From Eledone cirrhosa (taxonomy: Eukaryota): a DNA stretch of 64,000 nucleotides. The position numbers and the translations under genes were made by a program. Below the pieces are notes generated by a model that worked only from the letters and a program-made list of their open reading frames with translations, had not been told where the DNA came from and ran no database searches. Below, in pieces: positions 1-15,000 of this stretch. Location of the stretch: NCBI GenBank assembly GCA_964016885.1, contig OZ024741.1, forward strand, positions 412,734,001 to 412,798,000, given 5' to 3'. Each line of letters opens with the position of its first letter. Within the stretch, counting starts at the first letter, position 1.

Positions 1-3000
1 GCATGAAATAAAGTGTCTTGCTCAAGGACACAGTGGACTGGGGTAACATGAAGTAAAGTGTCTTACTCAAGGACACAGTCGCCTGGAGCAGTGTGAAGTA
101 AAGTGTCTGGCTCAAGGACAGAGAGAACTGGAGCAACATGAAGTAAAGTGTCTTGCTCAAGGACACAGTGGACTGGAGCAACATGAAATAAAGTGTCTTG
201 CTCAAGGACACAGTGGATTGGAGCAGCATGCAATATACTGTCTTGCTCAAGGACACAGTGGACTGGAGCAACATGAAGTAAAGTGTCTTGCTCAAGGACA
301 CAGTGGACTGCAGCAATGTGAAGTAGAGTGTCTTGTTGAAGGTCACAGTGGACTTGAGGAATGTGAAATAAAGTGTCTTACTCAAGGGCACGGAGAACTG
401 GAACAACATGAAATAAAGTGTCTTGCTCAAGGACACAGTGGACTGGAACAACATGAAATAAAGTGTCTTGCTCAAGGACACAGTGGACTGGAACAACATG
501 AAATAAAGTGTCTTGCTCAAGAACACAGTGAGCTGGAACAACAAGAAGTAAAGTGTCTTGCTCAAGGACACAGTGGACTGCACCAACACGAAGTAAGGTG
601 TCTTGCTCAAGGACACAGTGGACTGGAACAACATGAAATAAAGTGTCTTGCTCAAGAACACAGTGAACTGGAACAACATGAAGTAAAGTGTCTTGCTCAA
701 GGACACAGTGGACTGCACCAACACGAAGTAAAGTGTCTTGCTCAAGGACACAGTGGACTGGAGCAATGTGAAATAAAGTGTTTTGCTGAAGGACACAGTA
801 AACTGGAGCAACATGAAATAAAGTGTCTAGCTCAAGGACACAGTGGACTGGAGCAACATGAAGTAAAGTGTCATGCTCAAGGAGACAGTGGACAGGAGTA
901 ACATGAAGTAAAGTGTCTTTCTCAAGGACACAGTGGACTGGGGTAACATGAAGTAAAGTGTCTTGCTCAAGGACACAGTGGACTGGAGTAATGTGAAGTA
1001 AAGTGTCTTGCTGAAGGTTACAGTGGACGGGAGCAATGTGAAGTAAATTCTCTTGCTTAAGGACACAGAGAACTGGAGCAACATGAAATAAAGTGTCTTG
1101 CTCAAGGACACAGTGGACTGGAGCAACATGAAGTAAAGTGTCTGGCTCAAGGACACAGTGTACTGGAGCTGCATGAAATAAAGTGTCTTGCTCAAGGACA
1201 CAGTGGACTGGGGTAACATGAAGTAAAGTGTCTTACTCAAGAACATAGTCGCCTGGAGCAGTGTGAAGTAAAGTGTCTGGCTCAAGGACAGAGAGAACTG
1301 GAGCAACATGAAGTAAAGTGTCTTGCTCAAGGACACAGTGGACTGGAGCAACATGAAGTAAAGTGTCTTGCTCAAGGACACAGTGGATTGGAGCAGCATG
1401 CAATATACTGTCGTGCTCAAGGACACAGTGGACTGGAGCAACATGAAGTAAACTGTCTTGCTGAAGGACACAGTGGACTGGAGCAACATGAAGTAAATAG
1501 TCTTGCTCAAGGACACAGTGGACTGGAACAACATGAAGTAAAGTGTCTTGCTCAAGGACACAGTGGACTGCAGCAATGTGAAGTAAAGTGTCTTGCTGAA
1601 GGTCACAGTGGACTGGAGCAATGTGAAATAAAGTGTCTTACTCAAGGGCACAGTGAACTGTAACATCATGAAGTAAAGTGTCTTGCTCAAGGACACAGTG
1701 GACTGGAGCAACATGAAGTAAAGTGTCTTGTTCAAGGACACAGTGGACTGGAGCAACATGAAGTAAAGTGTCTTGCTCAAGGACACAGTGAACTGGAACA
1801 CATGAAATAAAGTACTTGCACAAGGACACAGTGGAGAGAAATAACATGAAATAAAGTGTCTTGCTCAAGGACACAATAAACTGGAGCAACATGAAATAAA
1901 GAGTCTTGCTCAAGGACACAGTGGACTGGAGGAACATGAAGTAAAGTGTCTTGCTCAAGGACACAGTGGACTGGAACAACATGAAATAGACTGCCTTGCT
2001 CAAGGACACAGTGGACGGGAGCAACATGAAATAAAGTGTCTTGCTCAAGGACACAGTGAACTGTAACACATGAAATAAAGTGTCTTGCACAAGGACACAG
2101 TGGACTGGAACAACATGAAATAAAGTGTCTTGCTCAAGGACACAGTGGACTGAAGCAACATGAAGAAAAGTGTCTCGCTCAAGGACACAGTGGATTGGAG
2201 CAACATGAAGTAAAGTGTCTTGCTCAAGGACACAGTGGACTGGAGCAACATGAAATAAAGTGTCATGCTCAAGGACACAGTGGACTGGAACAACGTGAAA
2301 TAAAGTGTCTTGCTCAAGAACACAGTGAATTGGAGCAACATGAAGTAAAGTGTCTTGCTCAAGGACACAGTGGACTGGAGCAACATGAAGTAAAGTGTCT
2401 TGTTCAAGGACACAGTGGACTGGAGCAACATGAAGTAAAGTGTCTTGCTCAAGGACACAGTGAACTGGAACACATGAAATAAAGTACTTGCACAAGGACA
2501 CAGTGGAGAGAAATAACATGAAATAAAGTGTCTTGCTCAAGGACACAATAAACTGGAGCAACATGAAATAAAGAGTCTTGCTCAAGGACACAGTAGACTG
2601 GAGCAACATGAAGTAAAGTGTCTTGCTCAAGGACACAGTGGACTGGAGCAATGTGAAACAAGGTGTTTTGCTGAAGGACACAGTAAACTGGAGCAACATG
2701 AAATAAAGTGTCTAGCTCAAGGACACAGTGGACTGGAGCAACATGAAGTAAAGTGTCTTGCTCAAGGAGACAGTGGACAGGAGTAACATGAAGTAAAGTG
2801 TCTTGCTCAAGGACACAGTGGACTGGAGTAATGTGAAGTAAAGTGTCTTGCTGAAGGTCACAGTGGACGGGAGCAATGTGAAATAAATTCTCTTGCTTAA
2901 GGACACAGAGAACTGGAGCAACATGAAGTAAAGTGTCTGGCTCAAGGACACAGTGTACAGGAGCAGCATGAAATAAAGTGTCTTGCTCAAGGACACAGTG

Positions 3001-6000
3001 GACTGGGGTAACATGAAGTAAAGTGTCTTACTCAAGGACACAGTCGCCTGGAGCAGTGTGAAGTAAAGTGTCTGGCTCAAGGACAGAGAGAACTGGAGCA
3101 ACATGAAGTAAAGTGTCTTGCTCAAGGACACAGTGGACTGGAGCAACATGAAATAAAGTGTCTTGCTCAAGGACACAGTGGATTGGAGCAGCATGCAATA
3201 TACTGTCTTGCTCAAGGACACAGTGGACTGGAGCAACATGAAGTAAAGTGTCTTGCTCAAGGACACAGTGGACTGCAGCAATGTGAAGTAGAGTGTCTTG
3301 TTGAAGGTCACAGTGGACTTGAGGAATGTGAAATAAAGTGTCTTACTCAAGGGCACGGAGAACTGGAACAACATGAAATAAAGTGTCTTGCTCAAGGACA
3401 CAGTGGACTGGAACAACATGAAATAAAGTGTCTTGCTCAAGGACACAGTGGACTGGAACAACATGAAATAAAGTGTCTTGCTCAAGAACACAGTGAGCTG
3501 GAACAACAAGAAGTAAAGTGTCTTGCTCAAGGACACAGTGGACTGCACCAACACGAAGTAAGGTGTCTTGCTCAAGGACACAGTGGACTGGAACAACATG
3601 AAATAAAGTGTCTTGCTCAAGAACACAGTGAACTGGAACAACATGAAGTAAAGTGTCTTGCTCAAGGACACAGTGGACTGCACCAACACGAAGTAAAGTG
3701 TCTTGCTCAAGGACACAGTGGACTGAAGCAACATGAAGTAAAGTGTCTTTTTCAAGGACACAGTGGACTGGAGCAACATGAAATAAAGTGTCTTGCTCAA
3801 GGACACAGTGGACTGGAACAACATGAAATAAAGTGTCTTGCTCAAGGACACAGTGGAGAGAAATAACATGAAATAAAGTGTCTTGCTCAAGGACACAATA
3901 CACTGGAGCAACATGAAGTAAAGTATCTTGCCCAAGGACACAGTGGACTGGAGCAACATGAAATAAAGAGTCTTGCTCAAGGACACGGTAGACTGTAGCA
4001 ACATGAAGTAAAGTGTCTTGCTCAAGGACACAGTGGACTGGAGCAATGTGAAATAAAGTGTTTTGCTGAAGGACACAGTAAACTGGAGCAACATGAAATA
4101 AAGTGTCTAGCTCAAGGACACAGTGGACTGGAGCAACATGAAGTAAAGTGTCATGCTCAAGGAGACAGTGGACAGGAGTAACATGAAGTAAAGTGTCTTT
4201 CTCAAGGACACGGTGGACTGGGGTAACATGAAGTAAAGTGTCTTGCTCAAGGACACAGTGGACTGGAGTAATGTGAATTAAAGTGTCTTGCTGAAGGTTA
4301 CAGTGGACGGGAGCAATGTGAAATAAATTCTCTTGCTTAAGGACACAGAGAACTGGAGCAACATGAAATAAAGTGTCTTGCTCAAGGACACAGTGGACTG
4401 GAGCAACATGAAGTAAAGTGTCTGGCTCAAGGACACAGTGTACTGGAGCTGCATGAAATAAAGTGTCTTGCTCAAGGACACAGTGGACTGGGGTAACATG
4501 AAGTAAAGTGTCTTACTCAAGGACATAGTCGCCTGGAGCAGTGTGAAGTAAAGTGTCTGGCTCAAGGACAGAGAGAACTGGAGCAACATGAAGTAAAGTG
4601 TCTTGCTCAAGGACACAGTGGACTGGAGCAACATAAAGTAAAGTGTCTTGCTCAAGGACACAGTGGATTGGAGCAGCATGCAATATACTGTCGTGCTCAA
4701 GGACACAGTGGACTGGAGCAACATGAAGTAAACTGTCTTGCTGAAGGACACAGTGGACTGGAGCAACATGAAGTAAATAGTCTTGCTCAAGGACACAGTG
4801 GACTGGAACAACATGAAGTAAAGTGTATTGCTCAAGGACACAGTGGACTGCAGCAATGTGAAGTAAAGTGTCTTGCTGAAGGTCACAGTGGACTGGAGCA
4901 ATGTGAAATAAAGTGTCTTACTCAAGGGCACAGTGAACTGTAACAACATGAAGTAAATGTCTTGCTCAAGGACACAGTGGACTGCACCAACACGAAGTAA
5001 GGTGTCTTGCCCAAGGACACAGTGGACTGAAGCAACATGAAGTAAAGTGTCTTGTTCAAGGACACAATGGACTGGAACAACATGAAATAAAGTGTCTTGC
5101 TCAAGATCAAAGTGGACTGGAGCAACATGAAGTAAAGTGTCTTGCTCAAGGACACAGTGGACTGCACCAACACGAAGTAAGGTGTCTTGCTCAAGGACAC
5201 AGTGGACTGAAGCAACATGAAGTAAAGTGTCTTGATCAAGGACACAATGGACTGGAACAACATGAAATAAAGTGTCTTGCTCAAGAACACAGTAAACTGG
5301 AGCAACATGAAGTAAAATGTCTTGCTCAAGGACACAGTGGACTGGAACAACACGAAGTAAGGTGTCTTGCTCAAGGACACAGTGGACCGGAGCAACATGA
5401 AATTAAGTGTCTTGCACAAGGACACAGTGGACTGGAACAAGATGAAATAAAGTGTCTTGCTCAAGGACACAATGGACTGAAGCAACATAAATTAAAGTGT
5501 CTCGCTCAAGGACACAGTGGACTGGAGCAACATGAAATAAAGTGTCTTGCTCAAAGACACAGTGGACTGGAACAACATGAAATAAAGTGTCTTGCTCAAG
5601 AACACAGTGAACTGGAGCAACATGAAGTAAAGTGTCCTACTTAAGGACACAGTGGACTGGAGCAACATGAAGTAAAGTGTCTTGCTCAAGGACACAGTGG
5701 ACTGGAGCAACATGAAATAAAGTGTCTTGCTCAAGGACACAGTGGACTGGAACAACATGAAATAGACTGTCTTGCTCAAGGACACAGTGGACGGGAGCAA
5801 CATGAAGTAAAGTGTCTTGCGCAAGGACACAGTGTACTGGAGCAACATGAAATAAATTGTCTTGCTCAAGGACAGAGTGGACTGGAGCAGCATGCAATAG
5901 AGGGTCTTGCTCAAGGGCACAGTGAACCGGAGCAACATGAAATAAAGTGTCTTGCTCAAGGACACAGTGGACTGGAGCAATGTAAAATAAAGTGACTGGC

Positions 6001-9000
6001 TGAATATCACAGTGGACTAGAGCAATGTGAAATAGAGTGTCTTGCTCACGGGCACAGACAACTGGAGCCACATAAAGTAAAGTGTCTTGTTGAGGGTCAC
6101 AGTGGACTAGGGCAATGTGAAATAAAGTGTCTTGCTGAAGGACACTGTGGACTAGAGCAATATGAAATAAAGTGTCTTGCTGAAGGACACAATGGACTGG
6201 AGCAACCTGAAATAAAGTGTCTTGCTCAAGGACACAGAGAACTGGAGCCACATGAAGTAAAGTGTCTTGCTCAAGGACACAGTGGACTGGAGCAATGTGA
6301 AGTAAAGTGTCTTGCTGAAGGACACAGTGGACTAGAGCAATGTGAAATAAAGTGTCTGTCTCAAGGACACAGTGGACTGGAGCAACCTGAAATGAAGTGT
6401 CTTGCTCAAGGACACAGAGAACTGGAGCCACATAAAGTAAAGTGTCTTGCTCAAGGACACAGTGGACTGGAGCAATGTGAAGTAAAGTGTCTTGCTCAAG
6501 GACACAGTGGACTGCACCAACACGAAGTAAGGTGTCTTGCTCAAGGTCACAGTGGACTGGAGCAACATGAAATAAAGTGTCTTGCTCAAGAACACAGTGA
6601 TCTGGAACACATGCAATAAGGTGTCTTGCACAAGGACACAGTGGCCTGGAACAACATGAAGTAAAGTGTCTTGCTCAAGGACACAGTGGACTGGAGCAAC
6701 ATGAAGTAAAGTGTTTTGCTGAAGGTCACAGTGGACTGGAGCAACCTGAAATAACGTGTCTTGCTCAAGGACACAGAGAACTGGAGCCACATGAAGTAAA
6801 GTGTCTTGCTCAAGGACACAGAGAACTGGAGCCACATGAAGTAAAGTGTCTTGCTGAAGGACACAGTGGACTGGAGCAGCATGAAATAATGTGTCTTGCT
6901 CAAGGACAAAGTGGACTGGAGCAACATGAAATAAAGTGTCTTGCTCATGGACACAGTGGACTTGAGTAACATGAAATAAAGTGTCTTGCACAAGGACACA
7001 GTGGACTGGTGCAGCATGATATAAAGTGTCTTGCTCAAGGACAGAGTGGACTGGGCTAACATGATGTAAAGTGTCTTGCTCCAGGATACAGTGGACTGGA
7101 GCAACAGGAAATAAACTGTCTTGCTAAAGGGCACAGTGGACTGGAGCAACATGAAGTAAAGTGTCTTGCTCAAGGACACAGTGGATTGGAGCAACATGAA
7201 GTAAAGTGTCTTGCTCAAGGAACACAGTAGACTGGAGCAACATGAAGTAAAGTGTCTTGCACATGGACACGGTGGACTGGAGCAACATGAAGTAAAGTGT
7301 CTTTCTCAAGGACACACTGGACTAGGGTATCTTGAAGTAAAGTGTCTTGCTCAAGAACACAGTGGACTGGAGTAGCATGAAATAAAGTGTCTTGCTCAAG
7401 GACACAGTGGACTGGAGCAACATGAAGTAGAGTGTCTTGCTGAAGGTCACAGTGGACTGGAACAATGTGAAATAAATTGTCTTGCTTAAGGACACAGAGA
7501 ATTGGAGCAACATGAAGTAAACTGTCTTGCTCAAGAACACAGTTGACTAGAGCAATGTGAACTAAAGTGTCTTACTCAAGGGCACGGAGAACTGGAACCA
7601 CATGAAGTAAAGTGTCTTGCTGAAGGACACAGTGCATTGGAGCAGCATGACATAAAGTGTCTTGCTCAAGGACACAGTGGACAGAAGCAGCATGAAATAA
7701 AGTGTCTTGCTCAAGGACACAGTGCACTGGGCTAACATGATGTAAAGTGTCTTGCTCAAGGACACAGTGGACTGGAGCAACAGGAAATAAACTGTCTTGA
7801 TCAAGGACACAGTGGACTGGAGCAACATGAAGTAAAGTGTCTTGGTCAAGGACACAGTGGACTGGAGCAACATGAAATAAAGTGTCTTGCTTAAGGACAC
7901 AGTGTACTGGAGCAACATGAAATAAAGTGTCTTGCTTAAGGAGACTGTGGACTGGAGCAACATGAAATAAAGTGTCTTGCTTAAGGAGACTGTGGACTGG
8001 AGCAACATGAAATAAAGTGTCTTGCTCAAGGACACAGTGCACTGGAGCAACATAAAGTAAAGTGTCTTGCTCAAGGACACAGTGGATTGGAGCAGCATGC
8101 AATATACTGTCGTGCTCAAGGACACAGTGGACTGGAGCAACATGAAGTAAACTGTCTTGCTGAAGGACACAGTGGACTGGAGCAACATGAAGTAAATAGT
8201 CTTGCTCAAGGACACAGTGGACTGGAACAACATGAAGTAAAGTGTATTGCTCAAGGACACAGTGGACTGCAGCAATGTGAAGTAAAGTGTCTTGCTGAAG
8301 GTCACAGTGGACTGGAGCAATGTGAAATAAAGTGTCTTACTCAAGGGCACAGTGAACTGTAACAACATGAAGTAAATGTCTTGCTCAAGGACACAGTGGA
8401 CTGCACCAACACGAAGTAAGGTGTCTTGCCCAAGGACACAGTGGACTGAAGCAACATGAAGTAAAGTGTCTTGTTCAAGGACACAATGGACTGGAACAAC
8501 ATGAAATAAAGTGTCTTGCTCAAGATCAAAGTGGACTGGAGCAACATGAAGTAAAGTGTCTTGCTCAAGGACACAGTGGACTGCACCAACACGAAGTAAG
8601 GTGTCTTGCTCAAGGACACAGTGGACTGAAGCAACATGAAGTAAAGTGTCTTGATCAAGGACACAATGGACTGGAACAACATGAAATAAAGTGTCTTGCT
8701 CAAGAACACAGTAAACTGGAGCAACATGAAGTAAAATGTCTTGCTCAAGGACACAGTGGACTGGAACAACACGAAGTAAGGTGTCTTGCTCAAGGACACA
8801 GTGGACCGGAGCAACATGAAATTAAGTGTCTTGCACAAGGACACAGTGGACTGGAACAAGATGAAATAAAGTGTCTTGCTCAAGGACACAATGGACTGAA
8901 GCAACATAAATTAAAGTGTCTCGCTCAAGGACACAGTGGACTGGAGCAACATGAAATAAAGTGTCTTGCTCAAAGACACAGTGGACTGGAACAACATGAA

Positions 9001-12000
9001 ATAAAGTGTCTTGCTCAAGAACACAGTGAACTGGAGCAACATGAAGTAAAGTGTCCTACTTAAGGACACAGTGGACTGGAGCAACATGAAGTAAAGTGTC
9101 TTGCTCAAGGACACAGTGGACTGGAGCAACATGAAGTAAAGTGTCTTGCTCAAGGACACAGTGGACTGGAACAACATGAAATAGACTGTCTTGCTCAAGG
9201 ACACAGTGGACGGGCGCAACATGAAGTAAAGTGTCTTGCGCAAGGACACAGTGTACTGGAGCAACATGAAATAAATTGTCTTGCTCAAGGACAGAGTGGA
9301 CTGGAGCAGCATGCAATAGAGGGTCTTGCTCAAGGGCACAGTGAACCGGAGCAACATGAAATAAAGTGTCTTGCTCAAGGACACAGTGGACTGGAGCAAT
9401 GTAAAATAAAGTGACTGGCTGAATATCACAGTGGACTAGAGCAATGTGAAATAGAGTGTCTTGCTCACGGGCACAGAGAACTGGAGCCACATAAAGTAAA
9501 GTGTCTTGTTGAGGGTCACAGTGGACTAGGGCAATGTGAAATAAAGTGTCTTGCTGAAGGACACTGTGGACTAGAGCAATATGAAATAAAGTGTCTTGCT
9601 GAAGGACACAATGGACTGGAGCAACCTGAAATAAAGTGTCTTGCTCAAGGACACAGAGAACTGGAGCCACATGAAGTAAAGTGTCTTGCTCAAGGACACA
9701 GTGGACTGGAGCAATGTGAAGTAAAGTGTCTTGCTGAAGGACACAGTGGACTAGAGCAATGTGAAATAAAGTGTCTGTCTCAAGGACACAGTGGACTGGA
9801 GCAACCTGAAATGAAGTGTCTTGCTCAAGGACACAGAGAACTGGAGCCACATAAAGTAAAGTGTCTTGCTCAAGGACACAGTGGACTGGAGCAATGTGAA
9901 GTAAAGTGTCTTGCTCAAGGACACAGTGGACTGCACCAACACGATGTAAGGTGTCTTGCTCAAGGACACAGTGGACTGGAGCAACATGAAATAAAGTGTC
10001 TTGCTCAAGAACACAGTGATCTGGAACACATGCAATAAGGTGTCTTGCACAAGGACACAGTGGCCTGGAACAACATGAAGTAAAGTGTCTTGCTCAAGGA
10101 CACAGTGGACTGGAGCAACATGAAGTAAAGTGTTTTGCTGAAGGTCACAGTGGACTGGAGCAACCTGAAATAACGTGTCTTGCTCAAGGACACAGAGAAC
10201 TGGAGCCACATGAAGTAAAGTGTTTTGCTCAAGGACACAGAGAACTGGAGCCACATGAAGTAAAGTGTCTTGCTGAAGGACACAGTGGACTGGAGCAGCA
10301 TGAAATAATGTGTCTTGCTCAAGGACAAAGTGGACTGGAGCAACATGAAATAAAGTGTCTTGCTCATGGACACAGTGGACTTGAGTAACATGAAATAAAG
10401 TGTCTTGCACAAGGACACAGTGGACTGGTGCAGCATGATATAAAGTGTCTTGCTCAAGGACAGAGTGGACTGGGCTAACATGATGTAAAGTGTCTTGCTC
10501 CAGGATACAGTGGACTGGAGCAACAGGAAGTAAACTGTCTTGCTAAAGGGCACAGTGGACTGGAGCAACATGAAGTAAAGTGTCTTGCTCAAGGACACAG
10601 TGGATTGGAGCAACATGAAGTAAAGTGTCTTGCTCAAGGAACACAGTAGACTGGAGCAACATGAAGTAAAGTGTCTTGCACATGGACACGGTGGACTGGA
10701 GCAACATGAAGTAAAGTGTCTTTCTCAAGGACACACTGGACTAGGGTATCTTGAAGTAAAGTGTCTTGCTCAAGAACACAGTGGACTGGAGTAGCATGAA
10801 ATAAAGTGTCTTGCTTAAGGACACAGAGAATTGGAGCAACATGAAGTAAACTGTCTTGCTCAAGAACACAGTTGACTAGAGCAATGTGAACTAAAGTGTC
10901 TTACTCAAGGGCACGGAGAACTGGAACCACATGAAGTAAAGTGTCTTGCTGAAGGACACAGTGCATTGGAGCAGCATGACATAAAGTGTCTTGCTCAAGG
11001 ACACAGTGGACAGAAGCAGCATGAAATAAAGTGTCTTGCTCAAGGACACAGTGCACTGGGCTAACATGATGTAAAGTGTCTTGCTCAAGGACACAGTGGA
11101 CTGGAGCAACAGGAAATAAACTGTCTTGATCAAGGACACAGTGGACTGGAGCAACATGAAGTAAAGTGTCTTGGTCAAGGACACAGTGGACTGGAGCAAC
11201 ATGAAATAAAGTGTCTTGCTTAAGGACACAGTGTACTGGAGCAACATGAAATAAAGTGTCTTGCTTAAGGAGACTGTGGACTGGAGCAACATGAAATAAA
11301 GTGTCTTGCTTAAGGAGACTGTGGACTGGAGCAACATGAAATAAAGTGTCTTGCTCAAGGACACAGTGCACTGGAGCAACATGAAATAGACTGTCTTGCT
11401 CAAGGACACAGTGGACTGGAGCAACATGAAGTAAAGTGTCTTGCTCAAGGACACAGTGGATTGGAGCAACATGAAGTAAAGTGTCTTGCTCAAGGAACAC
11501 AGTAGACTGGAGCAACATGAAGTAAAGTGTCTTGCACATGGACACGGTGGACTGGAGCAACATGAAGTAAAGTGTCTTTCTCAAGGACACACTGGACTAG
11601 GGTATCTTGAAGTAAAGTGTCTTGCTCAAGAACACAGTGGACTGGAGTAGCATGAAATAAAGTGTCTTGCTCAAGGACACAGTGGACTGGAGCAACATGA
11701 AGTAGAGTGTCTTGCTGAAGGTCACAGTGCACTGGAACAATGTGAAATAAATTGTCTTGCTTAAGGACACAGAGAATTGGAGCAACATGAAGTAAACTGT
11801 CTTGCTCAAGAACACAGTTGACTAGAGCAATGTGAACTAAAGTGTCTTACTCAAGGGCACGGAGAACTGGAACCACATGAAGTAAAGTGTCTTGCTGAAG
11901 GACACAGTGCATTGGAGCAGCATGACATAAAGTGTCTTGCTCAAGGACACAGTGGACAGAAGCAGCATGAAATAAAGTGTCTTGCTCAAGGACACAGTGC

Positions 12001-15000
12001 ACTGGGCTAACATGATGTAAAGTGTCTTGCTCAAGGACACAGTGGACTGGAGCAACAGGAAATAAACTGTCTTGATCAAGGACACAGTGGACTGGAGCAA
12101 CATGAAGTAAAGTGTCTCGGTCAAGGACACAGTGGACTGGAGCAACATGAAATAAAGTGTCTTGCTTAAGGACACAGTGTACTGGAGCAACATGAAATAA
12201 AGTGTCTTGCTTAAGGAGACTGTGGACTGGAGCAACATGAAATAAAGTGTCTTGCTTAAGGAGACTGTGGACTGGAGCAACATGAAATAAAGTGTCTTGC
12301 TCAAGGACACAGTGCACTGGAGCAACATGAAATAGACTGTCTTGCTCAAGGACACAGTGGACTGGAGCAACATGAAGTAAAGTGTCTTGCTCAAGGACAG
12401 AGTGGACTGGAGCAATATGAAGTAAAGTGTCTTGCACAAGGACACAGTGGACTGGAGCAACATGAAATAAATTGTCTTGCTCAAGGACACAGTGGACTGG
12501 AGCAGCATGCAATAGAGCGTCTTGCTCAAGGGCACAGTGAACCGGAGCAACATGAAATAAAGTGTCTTGCTCAAGGACACAATGGACTGGAGCAATAGTA
12601 AAATAAAGTGACTGGCTGAATATCACAGTGGACTAGAGCAATGTGAAATAGAGTGTCTTGCTCACGGGCACAGAGAACTGGAGCCACATGAAGTAAAGTG
12701 TCTTGTTGAGGGTCACAGTGGACTAGAGCAATGTGAAATAAAGTGTCTTGCTGAAGGACACAGTGGACTAGAGCAATATGAAATAAAGTGTCTTGCTGAA
12801 GGACACAATGGACTGGAGCAACCTGAAATAAAATGTCTTGCTCAAGGACACAGAGAACTGGAGCCACATGAAGTAAAGTGTCTTGCTCAAGGACACAGTG
12901 GACTGGGGTAACATGAAATAAAGTGTCTTGCTCAAGGAACACAGTGGACTGGAGCAACATGAAGTAAAGTGTCTTGCACAAGGACACGGTGGACTGGAGC
13001 AACATGAAGTAAAGTGTCTTTCTCAAGGACACACTGGACTAGGGTATCTTGAAGTAAAGTGTCGTGCTCAAGAACACAGTGGACTGGAGTAGCATGAAAT
13101 AAAGTGTCTTGCTCAAGGACACAGTGGACTGGAGCAACATGAAATAAAGTGTCTTGCTCAAGGACACAGTGGACTGGAGCAATGTGAAATAAATTGTCTT
13201 GCTTAAGGACACAGAGAATTGGAGCAACATGAAGTAAACTGTCTTGCTCAAGAACACAGTGGACTAGAGCAATGTGAACTAAAGTGTCTTACTCAAGGGC
13301 ACGGAGAACTGGAACCACATGAAGTAAAGTGTCTTGCTGAAGGTTACAGTGGACTGGAACAATGTAAAATAAAGTGTCTTGCTCAAGGACACAGTGGACT
13401 GGAGCAACATGAAGTAAAGTGTCTTGCTGAAGGACACAGTGCATTGGAGCAGCATGACATAAAGTGTCTTGCTCAAGGACACAGTGGACAGGAGCAGCAT
13501 GAAATAAAGTGTCTTGCTCAAGGACACAGTGCACTGGGCTAACATGATGTAAAGTGTCTTGCTCAAGGACACAGTGGACTGGAGCAACAGGAAATAAACT
13601 GTCTTGATCAAGGACACAGTGGACTGGAGCAACATGAAGTAAAGTGTCTTGGTCAAGGACACAGTGGACTGGAGCAACATGAAATAAAGTGTCTTGCTTA
13701 AGGACACAGTGGACTGGAGCAACATGTAATAAAGTGTCTTGCTTAAGGAGACAGTGGACTGGAGCAACATGAAATAAAGTGTCTTGCTCAAGGACACAGT
13801 GCACTGGAGCAACATGAAATAGACTGTCTTGCTCAAGGACACAGTGGACTGGAGCAAAATGAAGTAAAGTGTCTTGCTCAAGGACAGAGTGGACTGGAGC
13901 AATATGAAGTAAAGTGTCTTGCACAAGGACACAGTGGACTGGAGCAACATGAAATAAATTGTCTTGCTCAAGGACACAGTGGACTGGAGCAGCATGCAAT
14001 AGAGGGTCTTGCTCAAGGACACAGTGGACTGGAGCAATGTAAAATAAAGTGACTGGCTGAATATCACAGTGGACTAGAGCAATGTGAAATAGAGTGTCTT
14101 GCTCACGGGCACAGAGAACTGGAGCCACATGAAGTAAAGTGTCTTGTTGAGGGTCACAGTGGACTAGAGCAATGTGAAATAAAGTGTCTTGCTGAAGGAC
14201 ACAGTGGACTAGAGCAATATGAAATAAAGTGTCTTGCTGAAGGACACAATGGACTGGAGCAACCTGAAATAAAGTGTCTTGCTCAAGGACACAGAGAACT
14301 GGAGCCACATGAAGTAAAGTGTCTTGCTCAAGGACACAGTGGACTGGAGCAATGTGAAGTAAAGTGTCTTGCTGAAGGACACAGCGGACTAGAGCAATGT
14401 GAAATAAAGTGTCTGTCTCAAGGACACAGTGGACTGGAGCAACCTGAAATAAAGTGTCTTGCTCAAGGACACAGAGAACTGGAGCCACATAAAGTAAAGT
14501 GTCTTGCTCAAGGACACAGTGGACTGCACCAACAGGAAGTAAGGTGTCTTGCTCAAGGACACAGTGGACTGGAGCAACATGAAATAATGTGTCTTGCTCA
14601 AGGACACAGTGGACTGGAACAACATGAAATAAAGTGTCTTGCTCAAGAACACAGTGAACTGGAACACATGCAATAAGGTGTCTTGCACAAGGACACAGTG
14701 GCCTGGAACAACATGAAGTAAAGTGTCTTGCTCAAGGACACAGTGGACTGGAGCAACATGAAGTAAAGTGTTTTGCTGAAGGTCACAGTGGACTGGAGCA
14801 ACCTGAAATAACGTGTCTTGCTCAAGGACACAGAGAACTGGAGCCACATGAAGTAAAGTGTCTTGCTCAAGGACACAGAGAACTGGAGCCACATGAAGTA
14901 AAGTGTCTTGCTGAAGGACACAGTGGACTGGAGCAGCATGAAATAATGTGTCTTGCTCAAGGACAAAGTGGACTGGAGCAACATGAAATAAAGTGTCTTG

